This document shows, piece by piece, positions 34,063 through 44,687 of a stretch of DNA of 64,000 nt. The position numbers and the translations under genes were made by a program. Source of the DNA: Anaeromyxobacter sp. GTDB taxonomy: Bacteria; Myxococcota; Myxococcia; Myxococcales; Anaeromyxobacteraceae. The DNA lies in the NCBI GenBank assembly GCA_049840735.1, contig JASGJN010000023.1, forward strand, positions 128,001 through 192,000, given 5' to 3'. Positions within the stretch are counted from its first letter, which is position 1. Each line of letters starts with the position of its first letter. The notes beneath the pieces were generated by a model. It had not been told where the DNA came from. It did no database searches and worked only from the letters and a program-made list of their open reading frames with translations.

Positions 34063-35496
34063 ATGGATGCCCCCAAGAAGAGTCCCTGGTTCCTGGCGCT
34101 CGCGGTGGGAGCCGTGGCAGTGGGCGCGGCCGCCGTCGCGCTGGCCACGCGCCCGGCGCCGCCGCCTCCGCTGCGCCACGCCGCCGGCTGGACCAGGCCC
34201 ATCCGGCCGCACTTCGACCACACGCCGGTGATCCCCGCTTCCTTCGAGAGCCCGCAGGCGGTCACCCGCGCCTGCCTCGGCTGCCACCCGGATGCCGCCG
34301 CGGTGATGAAGACCGCGCACTGGCGCTGGCTGGGGGACGAGGTCGAGATCCCCGGCCGCCCCGGGAAGAAGCTGCGGGTCGGCAAGGCCAACCTGCTCAA
34401 CAACTTCTGCATCGCGGCGCGCGGCAACGAGAGGTCGTGCACCAAGTGCCACATCGGCTACGGCTGGGCCGACGACAGCTTCGACTTCTCGAAGGCCGAG
34501 AACATCGACTGCCTGGTCTGCCACGAGCAGACCGGGACCTACGCCAAGGGCCCCTACGGCCTGCCCACCCCGGAGACCGACCTGGTGGCCGCGGCGCGGT
34601 CGGTGGCCACGCCGACCCGCGAAGCCTGCCTGGGCTGCCACGCCTTCGGCGGCGGCGGGCAGGGCGTGAAGCACGGCGACCTCGACTCCTCCCTGGCCCA
34701 CCCGCAGGAGCAGGAGGACGTGCACCTCGGCCGGCTCGGCTTCCTGTGCGTGGACTGCCACCAGGCGCCGGGCCACCAGCTGCGCGGCCGGGCCTTCTCG
34801 GTGAGCGTCGAGGACGCGCACGGCGTGGCCTGCACCGACTGCCACACCACGCCGGAGCACCGCGACGAGCGGCTCGAGGCGCACCTGTCGGCGGTGGCCT
34901 GCCAGACCTGCCACATCCCCAGCTTCGCCTCGAAGGTGCCCACCAAGGCCACCTGGGACTGGAGCAAGGCCGGCGACGGCACGCGCCCGGACGACGCGCA
35001 CACCTACCTCAGGATCAAGGGCGAGTTCACCTACGAGCTGGACGCGCGGCCGGACTACGGCTGGTTCAACGGGACGGTGGGGCGCTACCTGCTGGGCGAC
35101 CGGATCGACCCGCGGCAGGTGACGGTGCTCAACCCGCCGCAGGGCTCGATCGGCGACCGCACCGCCCGCATCTGGCCCTTCAAGGTCCACCACGCGAAGC
35201 AGCCCTACGATGCGGGCCACGACTACCTGTTCCCGCCCGTCACCGGCGGCCCGGGCGGCTACTGGACCACCTTCGACTGGGACAGCGCCTTCCGCCTGGG
35301 CGAGAAGGCCAGCGGCCTCCCCTACAGCGGCCAGTACGGCTTCGCGCCCACCGACATGTACTGGCCCCTCTCGCACATGGTCGCGCCCAAGGAGCGCGCC
35401 CTCGGCTGCAACGACTGCCACGGCGCCCAGGGCCGCATGGACTGGAAGGCGCTCGGCTACGCAGGGGATCCCATCCAGAACGGAGGCCGCCGGTGA
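34063..35496 (+). CDS. otr: Octaheme tetrathionate reductase family cytochrome c
   Basis: Eight CxxCH; VGKANLLNNFCI (Otr Lys-ligand region), GGGGQGVKHGDLD, LSHMVAPKERALGCNDCH; N-terminal TM or signal. Confidence 0.88.
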   Translation: MDAPKKSPWFLALAVGAVAVGAAAVALATRPAPPPPLRHAAGWTRPIRPHFDHTPVIPASFESPQAVTRACLGCHPDAAAVMKTAHWRWLGDEVEIPGRPGKKLRVGKANLLNNFCIAARGNERSCTKCHIGYGWADDSFDFSKAENIDCLVCHEQTGTYAKGPYGLPTPETDLVAAARSVATPTREACLGCHAFGGGGQGVKHGDLDSSLAHPQEQEDVHLGRLGFLCVDCHQAPGHQLRGRAFSVSVEDAHGVACTDCHTTPEHRDERLEAHLSAVACQTCHIPSFASKVPTKATWDWSKAGDGTRPDDAHTYLRIKGEFTYELDARPDYGWFNGTVGRYLLGDRIDPRQVTVLNPPQGSIGDRTARIWPFKVHHAKQPYDAGHDYLFPPVTGGPGGYWTTFDWDSAFRLGEKASGLPYSGQYGFAPTDMYWPLSHMVAPKERALGCNDCHGAQGRMDWKALGYAGDPIQNGGRR

Positions 35497-37749
35497 GCTG
35501 GTCCTTCCCCGCGCGTCCCGCGCTCGCCCTCGCCCTGCTGGTCGCCGCCGCCCCCGCGGCGGCCCAGCAGGCGGTGAACCCCATCCACCCCGCCTTCCGG
35601 CCGCTGGACGCGGCCGGCAAGCCCACCGCCGACGGCGCGCAGGTCTCGCTGGAGAAGACCTGCGGCGCCTGCCACGACGCCGCCTGGATCGGCCAGCACA
35701 CCGGGCACGCCGCCGCCGCCGGACGCCCCGCCGCCACCTGCGCCCAGTGCCACCTGGACGGCGGCCAGCTCCTGGTCACCCCGGCGTCGCTGGAAGCCGA
35801 CGGCCGGCTCCGCCGCGAGGCCATCCGCATCGGCGCGCCCCGCGCCCAGGGCTGCGCCCGCTGCCACGGCCTGCTGACCGACGGCCGCGCCCCGGTGGCG
35901 CTCCCGCCGGACCTGGCCGCGCCGGCGGCGGGGCGGAGCTACCGGCTCACGCTGGGCGAGGGGGCCATCCTCTCGCCGGAGCGGATGTCGGCCTCGTTCC
36001 TGGCGCTGGAGGGCAAGGCGACCCTGGACGCGCCCTGGGACGTGCACGCCGCCAAGCTGGTGGACTGCACCGCCTGCCACTTCGCCGGCAACGACCCGGC
36101 CCGCACCGACCCCAAGCAGCCGCGGCTCCAGTACCTCACCGCCGACCCGCGGCGCCTCTCCCGCGCCGAGTTCCTGGTGCGGCCCGACCACCGGCTGGGC
36201 AAGGCCGGCTGCCGCTCCTGCCATGACGCGCAGCAGGCCCACGCCTTCCTGCCCTACCGCGCGCGGCACCTGGAGGTGCTGGCCTGCGAGGCCTGCCACC
36301 TGGCCTCGCCGCGCGCCCCGGTGCTGGAGCAGGTGGACGCGACCGTGGCCGGCCGCGACGGCGCGCCCGTGCTCCGCTTCCGCAACCTGGCGGTCCGACC
36401 CGGCGAGCCGCTGGGCGCCGCCACCGTCCGTCCCTTCCAGCCGCTCCTGGCGGAGCGGGCCGAGCCGGACGGCGCGCGCCGGCTGGCGCCGGTGAACCTG
36501 ATCACCCGCTACCGCTGGGTGGCCGGCCCGGAGCGCGCCGAGGTGCCGTTCGAGCGGGTGGCGGCCGCGCTGGTCGAGGGAGGCGCCTGGCGCCGCGAGG
36601 CGCTGGCCGCGCTGGACGCCGACCACGACGGCGACCTCTCCGCGGGCGAGCTCCTGCTGGACACGGCGGAGGAGGTGGCCTTCGTGGCCGGCGCGCTGCG
36701 CGGCGCGGGGCTGCAGGATCCGGCCATCGCCGGCGACCTGCAAATCCTCCCTCTGGTCCACGGCGTCTCCACCCGCGACCAGGCGCTGCGCGCCTGCGGC
36801 GCCTGCCACGGTCCCGAGTCGCGCCTCACCGCGCCGTTCACCGTGGCCTCGGTCCTGCCCGGCGGCGTCCCGCCGGCCCCGCCAACGGCGGCGCCGTGAC
36901 CTTGGCCGGCACCGTGGCCCCTTCCGCCGGCGGCGGGCTCTCGCTGCTGCGCCAGGCCGGGGTCGCACCGCGTGGGCTGCACGTGCTCGGCCACTCTCGC
37001 GAGGGGATCACCAACACCCTGGGGTTCGTGATCTTCCTGCTCACGCTGGGCGGCGTCTCGGCGCATGGCCTGCTGCGGTGGGCGCTGCGCCGCCGCCAGG
37101 GCCACGCCCCGGTGGCGGAGCGCGACGAGTACGCGTTCGGCCGCTACGAGCGGCTCTGGCACTGGACCATGGCCCTCTCCGGCGCCGTGCTGATCGCCAC
37201 CGGCCTGGTCATCCACGGCGGGGCGGGCGGCGGGCTGCCGGCGGCGGTGGCGCTGCACAACGCCTTCGCCGTGGTGCTGATGGCCAACGCCTTCCTGGCC
37301 CTCTTCCACCACCTGGCCACGGCCGCCATCCGCACCTTCATCCCGTCCCCCACCGGTCTCCTGGCCCGCATCGCCCAGCACCTCGACTACCAGGCGCGGG
37401 GCATCTTCCGCGGCGCCGCCCACCCGGAGAACGCCCCCGGGCACAAGCTCAACCCGCTGCAGCAGCTGACGTACCTGGGGCTCCTCAACGTGCTCTTCCC
37501 GCTCCAAATCGCGACCGGCCTCTTGCTCTGGGCCGCCGGGCACTGGCCCCCGGTCGCGGCCGCGATCGGCGGGCTGGCGGTGATCGCGCCATCCACGACC
37601 TGGGCGCCTGGCTCTTCCTCACCTTCTTCGTGCTGCACGTCTACCTCGTCACCACCGGTCGGACGCCGACCGAGCACCTCACCTGGATGATCACCGGCTG
37701 GCGCCGCGCGCCGGATCGCGGGGAAGGCGCGCCGCAGGAGCGGAGCTGA
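35493..37749 (+). CDS. Seven-heme cytochrome c fused to a diheme cytochrome b (FdnI/HydC/PhsC-like); frameshifts near 36880 and 37590
   Basis: Signal peptide, seven CxxCH, EF-hand DADHDGDLSAGE; then ERLWHW, LHNAF, KLNPLQ and IHDLGAWLFLTFFVLHVYL. The fusion is inferred from frame continuity. Confidence 0.75.
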
Positions 37750-37751
37750 TC

Positions 37752-38271
37752 ATGGCCAAGGAACCGCGTCCCTACCTGAACCCGTACCTCGCCGGCGCGC
37801 TGCTCGGCGTGGTGCTCTTCCTCAGCTTCTACGTGACCGGCGGCGGGCTCGGCGCCTCCTCCGCGCTCAGCCACGTCGAGGCGGCGGTGGTCGACCTGTT
37901 CGCCCCGGCGCACGTCGAATCGCACCGCCTACCTGGCCGAGATGGCCGGCGGCAGCCGCAACCCGTGGAACCACCAAGGCGTCTGGATGCTGCTGGGCAC
38001 CGTGCTGGGCGGAATCGCCTCCGGGGTCCTCAACCGGCGCTTCAGGCTGGAGTTCCGCAAGGGCCCGAACGTCAGCACCGGCACGCGGGTGGTCTTCGCG
38101 CTGCTGGGCGGCGCCATCATGGGCTACGGCGCGCGGCTGGCCCGCGGGTGCACTTCCGGCCAGGCGCTCTCCGGCGGCGCGGTGCTCTCGGTCGGCAGCT
38201 GGGCCTTCGCGCTGGCGGTCTTCGCCGGCGCCTACGCGCTGGCGTACACCGTCCGCCGGCTCTGGAACTAG
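37752..38271 (+). CDS. YeeE/YedE sulfur-compound transporter half; +1 insertion at 37917
   Basis: NPYLAGALLG, GLGAS, GYGARLARGCTSGQALSGG. Confidence 0.82.
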
Positions 38272-38285
38272 GGAGGGCGATCACC

Positions 38286-39598
38286 ATGGCACCGTTCGCG
38301 CTCACCCCCGGCACCCTCGGCTACGTCCTCGCCTTCCTGGCCATCGGCCTCGGCTTCGGGTTCGTGCTGGAGCTGGCCGGCTTCGGCGACACCCGCAAGC
38401 TGGCGGCGCAGTTCTACTTCAAGGACCTCACCATCCTGAAGGTCATGTTCACCGGCATCGTGGTGGCCGCGGTGCTGCTCGCCGCCGCCACCTCGCTGGG
38501 CCTGCTCGACCTGGGCCGCGTCTGGATCAACCCCACCTACCTGTGGCCCGGGATCGTGGGCGGCCTGATCATGGGCGTGGGGTTCATCCTTGGCGGCTCT
38601 GCCCCGGCACCTCGGTCGTGGCGGCCGCGACGCTCAGGCGTCGACGGCATGCTCTTCCTGCTCGGCGTGCTGGTGGGCGTGGGCGCGTCGGCGAGACGGT
38701 GGGCCGCTTCGAGCCCTTCTACCTCTCCTCGTACATGGGCCGCTTCACGCTGCCAGAGCTGTTGGGGCTGCCGCTGGGGGTCACGCTGGTGCTGGTGGTC
38801 GCCATGGCCCTGTTCATGTTCTGGGGCGGTGAGCTGCTCGAGCAGCGCCACGGCCAGGGCAGGCCCTGGGCGGAGATCCGCCTGGCGCCGGCCCGGTCCG
38901 GCAAGGCGCTGGCGGCGGGCGCGCTCCTCCTGGCCGCCGCGGCCGTGGCCGCAAACGGCCAGCCCACCCCGCAGCAGGTGTTCGCCCGGCTCGGCCCGGC
39001 CGCGCAGGCGGAGCTCGAGTCCCGCGCCGTGGTGGTGGATCCGGCGGAGGTGGTGGCGCTGCGGAAGGACCTGACGGTGCAGGTGGTGGTGCTCGACCTG
39101 CGGGACGAGCACCAGTTCCTCCTGTTCCACGTCGGCGGCGCGCGGCGGGTGGGGCCGGAGCAGCTCCTGGCCCCGGGCACCGTGAAGCAGCTCCTCGACC
39201 AGCCCGCCTCGACGGTGACCTTCCTGGTCGGCACCGGCGAGGCCCAGGCGCTGGAGGCGTGGAAGGGGCTCAAGGGGCTGGGCGTGCCCAACCTTTACGT
39301 GATCGAGGGCGGCATGAACGGCTGGCTGGAGCGGTACGCCGTGCCCACCTGCGTGGCGGCGCCGTCCACCGCGGCCGCCGCCGGCGCCTCCGACGTGCCC
39401 CGCTGGCAGTTCGCCCACGCGACCGGCGACCAGCTCCCCGCCTCCTGGCCCGAGCTGTCGCGCTCCGGCGCGTTCCGCACCCCCTGCGGCGAGCCCATCG
39501 CCCAGGGCGGCCACGAGGGGATCACCTGGCCCGAGCACGCCTTCACGAAGAAGGTGAAGCTGCAGACGAGGACGGTGGTGAAGGGCGGGTGCGGGTGA
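38286..39598 (+). CDS. YeeE/YedE half fused to a rhodanese-like domain with a C-terminal GGCG tail; frameshifts near 38598, 38638 and 38688
   Basis: GFGFVLELAGFG, QFYFKDLTILKVMF, GGxCPGTS; VLDLRDEHQFLLFHVGGA and YVIEGGMNGW; ends TVVKGGCG-stop. Confidence 0.8.
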
Positions 39599-39678
39599 CT
39601 GTTCGGGCTGGCGCAGCCGGCCCAGAACCGCTTCTGGCGCTGGCCACGGCCACGTGGGCAGCGGCGCAGGGTCGTCGT

Positions 39679-39753
39679 CCGTTCGTGATGAGCGTAGGGC
39701 CGGCGCCGAGCCGGCTCATCCGGGGGGCCGGCCCGGAGTCGAATCACGAACGG
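39679..39753 (+). repeat. Structured REP-like element, inverted homologue of 44819-44876
   Basis: ccgttcgtga-tgagcgtag...cggagtcgaa-tcacgaacgg. Confidence 0.65.
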
Positions 39754-39838
39754 GGGCGCGTCAAGCAGCCGGATCACGGGGCGGATCAGGGCCCAGAGCG
39801 CGCTGGCGCCGGCTGGCGCTGTGTGCCAGGTTGTGCCC

Positions 39839-40945
39839 GTGGAACCCACCGCCAAGCCCCCGTCCCAGCCGCAGAACGCCGCCCAGGACCACGCCAGCGA
39901 GTTCGCGCGGCTCGTCGAGCTGCTGCGCAAGGGCCAGCTCGAGCCCCCTCCCTCCAGCGAGGCGCTGGGGCCGCTCCAGCAGGGCGACGTGGAGCCCTGG
40001 CCGGCGCCCGGCTCCGCGCGCGCCCTGGAGCTATTCGGCTCGGCCGCGAGGCCTTCGCGCGCGGCGAGGTGGCCAGCCTGGTGCTGGCCGGCGGCGCAGG
40101 CACGCGCTTCGGCGGCGCGGTGAAGGCGCTGGTCCCGGTCAGCGGTGACCGCACCTTCCTCGACTACAAGCTGGCCGACGCGCGCCAGGCGGGCGCCGCC
40201 GGCGGCCGCCCGGTGCCGGTCGCGATCATGACCTCGCCGCTCACGCACGCCGGGATCGCCGCGCACGTGCAGGGGCTGCCCGACGTCCACCTCTTCGAGC
40301 AGCGGATGCTCCCCCGGCTGACGCCCGAGCTGGAGATCTTCCGTGGCGCGGACGGCCAGCCCTCGCTGGCGCCGTCGGGCCACGGCGACGTGCTGCGCGC
40401 GCTGCGCGCCAGCGGCGTGGGCGAGGCGCTGCGGCGCCGGGGCGTGCGCCTGCTCTACTTCACCAACGTGGACAACCTCGCCGCCAGCCTGGACCCGCTG
40501 GTGATCGGCGCGCACCTGGCGCTGGGCAAGGCCATGATGGTCGAGGTGACGGCCCGCCGCCGCGCCGACGGCGGCCTCGACACCGGCGCCGCGCCGGTGC
40601 GGGTGAAGGGGCACGTGCAGCTGGTGGAGCACGTGGAGAAGGAGCGCCACCCGCTCATCTCCACCAACGACATCACCTTCGAGCTGGCGCGCCTGCTGGA
40701 TCAGGAGATTCGGGCTGCCCTGGCGCGTGGCGCGCAAGGAGGTGGAGGGCCGCCCGGCGCTCCAGCTCGAGCAGGTCACCGGCGAGGTGACGGGCGTGCT
40801 GGGCGCGGACGGGAGGCCGGTCCTCCCCAGCGCCTACCTCGAGGTGCCGCGCGAGGACCTGGCCACCACGCGGTTCGAGCCGGTCAAGGCGCGCGAGGAC
40901 CTGCCGCGCACGCAGGCGCTGCTGCGGGCGCGCCAGGCGCTGTGA
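39839..40945 (+). CDS. UDPGP-family (eukaryote-type) UTP:sugar-1-phosphate uridylyltransferase; frameshifts near 40033 and 40707
   Basis: LVLAGGAGTRFGGAVKAL, IMTS, FEQ, APSGHGD, NVDNL, QLE, RFEPVK; start uncertain (39821 or 39839). Confidence 0.78.
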
Positions 40946-40962
40946 GCGGGGCGACCACGACC

Positions 40963-41352
40963 ATGATCTACGACGCAGACACGGCCCCCGACGCCCAGGC
41001 CTGGGCCGCCGCGGGCGACACCGAGCGGCTGGCCGCGGTGGAGGCCCACCACCGCACGCTGACCTCGCCCCACCCGAAGCAGCCCCGCCCGCGCCTGCAC
41101 GCCGCCATCCACATGGTGGTGGAGACCCAGGCCGCCACCGGCGAGCCGCCCCAGGTCGCCCGCGCGCTGGAGCGGCTCGTGGCGGGCGGCCTCTCCCGCC
41201 ACGAGGCGGTCCACGCGGTGGGCATGCTGGTCGCGAACGTGATGTCGGCCTCGATGGAGGGGCGCGCGTACGAGCCTGCCGTCTACGCCCGCGAGCTGGA
41301 CGAGCTGACCGCGGAGCGCTGGCGGTCGCTGGCGCAGGAGCAGGGCGGCTGA
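40963..41352 (+). CDS. DUF1841-like His-rich protein
   Basis: LHAAIHMVVETQ and GLSRHEAVHAVG. Confidence 0.6.
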   Translation: MIYDADTAPDAQAWAAAGDTERLAAVEAHHRTLTSPHPKQPRPRLHAAIHMVVETQAATGEPPQVARALERLVAGGLSRHEAVHAVGMLVANVMSASMEGRAYEPAVYARELDELTAERWRSLAQEQGG

Positions 41353-41410
41353 GGGGTGGCGGCGGCGCAGGCGGTTGCCCGATCGCCCGCGTCGCGCTAA
41401 CACGCTGGCC

Positions 41411-41791
41411 ATGGTCCGACTCCTCCTCGTCTGCGCAGGTGGCGCGCTGGGCAGCGGGCTGCGCTGGCTGACCGTCAGCTGGGCCGCCGCCACCTGGGGC
41501 GCGAGCTTCCCGCGGGGCACGTTGATCGTGAACCTGGCCGGCTCGTTCCTGCTGGCGGTGCTCATGACCGTGGCGCTGGCCGGGCGCGCCGTCTCCGACG
41601 ACGTGCGGATCTTCCTCGCCGCCGGCGTGCTGGGCGGGTTCACCACCTACTCCTCGTTCAACTGGGAGACGCTGGCCCTGCTGGACGACGGCCGGCCGGG
41701 GCTGGCAGCGCTCAACCTGGTGCTGACGATGATGGGCCGCCTGCTGATGGGGCTGGCCGGGGCCTACCTGGCGCGGCGCTGGGTGGGCTGA
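41411..41791 (+). CDS. crcB: Fluoride channel Fluc/CrcB
   Basis: GGALGSGLR, GTLIVNLAGSF, GGFTTYSSF; four TM helices. Confidence 0.9.
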   Translation: MVRLLLVCAGGALGSGLRWLTVSWAAATWGASFPRGTLIVNLAGSFLLAVLMTVALAGRAVSDDVRIFLAAGVLGGFTTYSSFNWETLALLDDGRPGLAALNLVLTMMGRLLMGLAGAYLARRWVG

Positions 41792-41950
41792 AGCCCGCGC
41801 GCCGACCCCATCGCCGGACGCGTCGACCCGCCCGCCGGGCGTGCGGGCGATCCGCCCGCCTGCAGGCAGGACGCACGCATGGTGTAACGCCCAGCCCCGA
41901 TGCGCACGTTCGAGCCAGGACGGGGCCCAGTGCGGGCGAGGAGGCGTGCG

Positions 41951-42823
41951 ATGCTGGGGAAGACGGCAGCGGCGGTGCTGGCGGTGCTGGCGGCGGGCGG
42001 GGCGCGGGCGGAGGACGCGGCAGCGCCGCAGGGAACCAGTCCGGCCTTCGAGCAGGCCTGCGTGGACCTGCTCCACGGGCGCGTACCGCCCGGCGGCGCG
42101 CAGGCCATCTCCACGCTCCGGAAGGCGTGCGACGGGCTGATGGACGCACGCACGGCCGAGCGCGCCGAGGCGGAGGCTCGGGCCCAGGCGCAGCGCGAGG
42201 TGGCCGCGGCGCAGGCGAGCTCGGGCACGGGCGGTGCCACGCCGGACCCGGGGAGCGCGACCGCGGCGCCGGGGCAGGGCGCTGACGTCGCGTCGGCGTT
42301 CGGGACGGCCACCAAGGAGCTGACCGGACCGGGCCGCGGCCAGGCCCTGGGCCTGAGGGCCAGGGGGCCGGTGAGCTACACGCTCACCAGCAACGCCGTC
42401 GGCTGGTTCAACGGCCTGGGCGCGAACGCCGAGCTGGTCGGCTCGCTGACGCCCAAGCTCTCCTGGGTGGGCGGCCTGCGCTACTCCAGCACCGACGCCA
42501 CCAACGGCACGGCCAGCACCTTCGGGATGGAGGCCGGCGCCGACTACTTCCTCTACGGCAAGCACAACGAGGGCTTCCGCGTCGGCCCGCGCCTCGAGCT
42601 GGCGGCGGGCCGTGAGTCGTTCGAGGGCTCCACCACCTTCGCCTGGATGGGCGCGTCCGGGGAGGTGGGCTACAACTTCATCGCCACCAACGGCCTCACC
42701 GGGCTCCTGGCGGTCGGCCTGGGCGGGCGGATTGCCGGGGACGAGCGCGAGAACTTCTCCAGCTTCACCAGCGGTGGAGACTTCGGACCCTACCTCAAGG
42801 CCGGCCTGGGCTACAGCTGGTGA
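41951..42823 (+). CDS. Small outer-membrane beta-barrel protein with an N-terminal Cys-pair helical domain
   Basis: GAGGAGG RBS, signal peptide, amphipathic strands, C-terminal GLGYSW. Confidence 0.65.
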   Translation: MLGKTAAAVLAVLAAGGARAEDAAAPQGTSPAFEQACVDLLHGRVPPGGAQAISTLRKACDGLMDARTAERAEAEARAQAQREVAAAQASSGTGGATPDPGSATAAPGQGADVASAFGTATKELTGPGRGQALGLRARGPVSYTLTSNAVGWFNGLGANAELVGSLTPKLSWVGGLRYSSTDATNGTASTFGMEAGADYFLYGKHNEGFRVGPRLELAAGRESFEGSTTFAWMGASGEVGYNFIATNGLTGLLAVGLGGRIAGDERENFSSFTSGGDFGPYLKAGLGYSW

Positions 42824-43425
42824 TCGAGCCCGAGGCGGGCGGCGTCCTCGGGCGTGTCGGCGTCCTCGAGGCACCGCCCCTCCGGATCCACCGCGCGCCA
42901 CTCTTCCTCCTCGAGGACGCGGGCCGGCAGGGCCGCCACCAGCGCGCGCAGCGACGGCGTCCCCTCGCGCAGCGCCGCCTCGACGGCCGGCAGCGCCGCG
43001 CGCGCCCAGAGCGCGTGCAGCGGCTGCAGCCGGCCGGCCCAGCGCACCACCACCACCTGCGCGCCCTCGTGCCGCGCTGCGGCGAGCGCGCGGATGGACG
43101 CCTCGGCGAGGAACGGCATGTCGCACGCGGCGGTGAAGACCCAGGGCGTCCGCGCCGCATGCAGCGCCGCGTGCAGGCCCCCCGGCGCGCCGCGTCCCGG
43201 GAGCTGGTCCGGGATGATCGGAACCCCCAGGTGGCGGTACGGCGCCGGATCATCCGCGACCATGAAAACGCTGTCGAACAGCGCCTCCATCAGCTGGATT
43301 GCGCCGGCGGCGATGGGGCGCCCCTCCCTCTGCAGCAGCCCCTTGGGGACGCCGCCCAGGCGTGAACCCCGGCCGCCGGCGAGCAGCGCCCCGCTGATGT
43401 CGGTGAGTGCGGGAAGCGGTCGCAC
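42811..43425 (-). CDS. mobA: Molybdenum cofactor guanylyltransferase
   Basis: LLAGGRGSRLGG-PK, ACDMPF, QPLHALW, DTPED. Confidence 0.85.
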   Translation of the reverse strand: MRPLPALTDISGALLAGGRGSRLGGVPKGLLQREGRPIAAGAIQLMEALFDSVFMVADDPAPYRHLGVPIIPDQLPGRGAPGGLHAALHAARTPWVFTAACDMPFLAEASIRALAAARHEGAQVVVVRWAGRLQPLHALWARAALPAVEAALREGTPSLRALVAALPARVLEEEEWRAVDPEGRCLEDADTPEDAARLGLDHQL

Positions 43426-43510
43426 CGGCGCAATCTAGCGCACCCTGCGCTGTTCGCGCGCCGGGCGATAGTGGAGCGCCCGGGGCCTTTCGGGTTAAAA
43501 GGTGCCCCCC

Positions 43511-43846
43511 ATGACCCCGGAACAGCGCCTGGCGGCGTTCCAGAAGATCGTCGAGCAGAAGCCAGACGATCCCTTCGCGCGCTACTCGCTCGCGATGGCG
43601 CTGCGCGGGGCGGCGCGGGCCGAGGAAGCGGTCGTGCAGTTCCGCGAGCTGGCCCGCCGTGCGCCGGACTACGTGCCCACCTACCTGATGCTGGGCCAGG
43701 CGCTGGAGGGGCTGGGCCGCGACGTCGAGGCGGCCGCGGCCTACGAGGACGGGATCGCCTGCGCGGCCCGCAAGCAGGACGGACACGCCCGGAGCGAGCT
43801 GGCTGGCGCCCTGGAGGCGGTCCGCGCCAGAGGAGCATCACGATGA
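43511..43846 (+). CDS. Small TPR protein
   Basis: PDDPFARYSLA and PDYVPTYLMLGQ; ATGA overlap with fabI. Confidence 0.8.
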   Translation: MTPEQRLAAFQKIVEQKPDDPFARYSLAMALRGAARAEEAVVQFRELARRAPDYVPTYLMLGQALEGLGRDVEAAAAYEDGIACAARKQDGHARSELAGALEAVRARGASR

Positions 43847-44676
43847 GCAACGAGACCGAGACCACCGAAGCCACCTCTCCCATCCCGGCGCTGGGCGGCC
43901 TGCTCAAGGGCAAGCGCGCGCTCGTCACCGGCGTCGCCAACGAGCGCTCGATCGCCTGGGCCATCGCCGAGGCCTTCCACCGCGAGGGGGCCGAGCTGGC
44001 CTTCACCTACCCCGGCGAGGCCATGGGCAAGCGCGTCCGCCCGCTGGTCGAGCCGATGCGCCCGGCGGCCGTGATCGACTGCGACGTGGGCAAGGACGAG
44101 GACATCGACCGGACCGTGGCCGAGCTCCGCAAGGTCTGGGACCGGGTGGACATCCTCATCCACTCCATCGGCTTCGCGCCCCGCAACGCGCTGGACGGCC
44201 GCTTCCACGAGGTGACCACCCGCGAGGCGTGGCAGATCACCATGGACATCTCGGCCTACTCGCTGATCGGCCTGACCCGCGCGTTCAAGCCGCTCATGCC
44301 GGCCGGCGCCAACGTCCTCTCGCTCTCGTACTACGGGGCCGAGAAGGTGGTCCGGAACTACAACGTGATGGGCGTGGCCAAGGCGGCGCTGGAGTGCTCC
44401 ACCCGCTACCTGGCCGACGACCTGGGCCAGGACGGCATCCGCGTCAACGCCATCAGCGCCGGCCCGATCAAGACCCTGGCCGCCGCCGGCATCAAGGGCA
44501 TGCGGACCATGCTGGCCGAGAACGCCGAGCGCACGCCGCTGCGCCGCAACATCGAGCAGGACGACGTGGCCCGGGGCGCGCTGTACCTGTGCTCCGACCT
44601 GGGCCGGAACGTCACCGGCGAGGTGCTCCACGTGGACGCCGGGCAGAACGTGCTGGGCGTCGTTTCGATGGGGTGA
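43843..44676 (+). CDS. fabI: Enoyl-ACP reductase
   Basis: GVANERSIAW, HSIGFAP, YNVMGVAKAALE, ISAGPIKTLAA. Confidence 0.93.
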   Translation: MSNETETTEATSPIPALGGLLKGKRALVTGVANERSIAWAIAEAFHREGAELAFTYPGEAMGKRVRPLVEPMRPAAVIDCDVGKDEDIDRTVAELRKVWDRVDILIHSIGFAPRNALDGRFHEVTTREAWQITMDISAYSLIGLTRAFKPLMPAGANVLSLSYYGAEKVVRNYNVMGVAKAALECSTRYLADDLGQDGIRVNAISAGPIKTLAAAGIKGMRTMLAENAERTPLRRNIEQDDVARGALYLCSDLGRNVTGEVLHVDAGQNVLGVVSMG

Positions 44677-44687
44677 GTGGCGAGCTC

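Noticed and set aside
39596..39632. TGA after GGCG followed at once by a hairpin, suggesting selenocysteine read-through
   Set aside because: The apical loop is only about 14 nt from the UGA, read-through gives a short non-coding-looking tail, and GGCG makes sense as a true C-terminus. More likely a 3' stabilising hairpin.
41353..41410. Fluoride riboswitch upstream of crcB
   Set aside because: No GGCGATGG-type core, and the 58-bp gap is largely filled by a promoter that implies a leaderless transcript.
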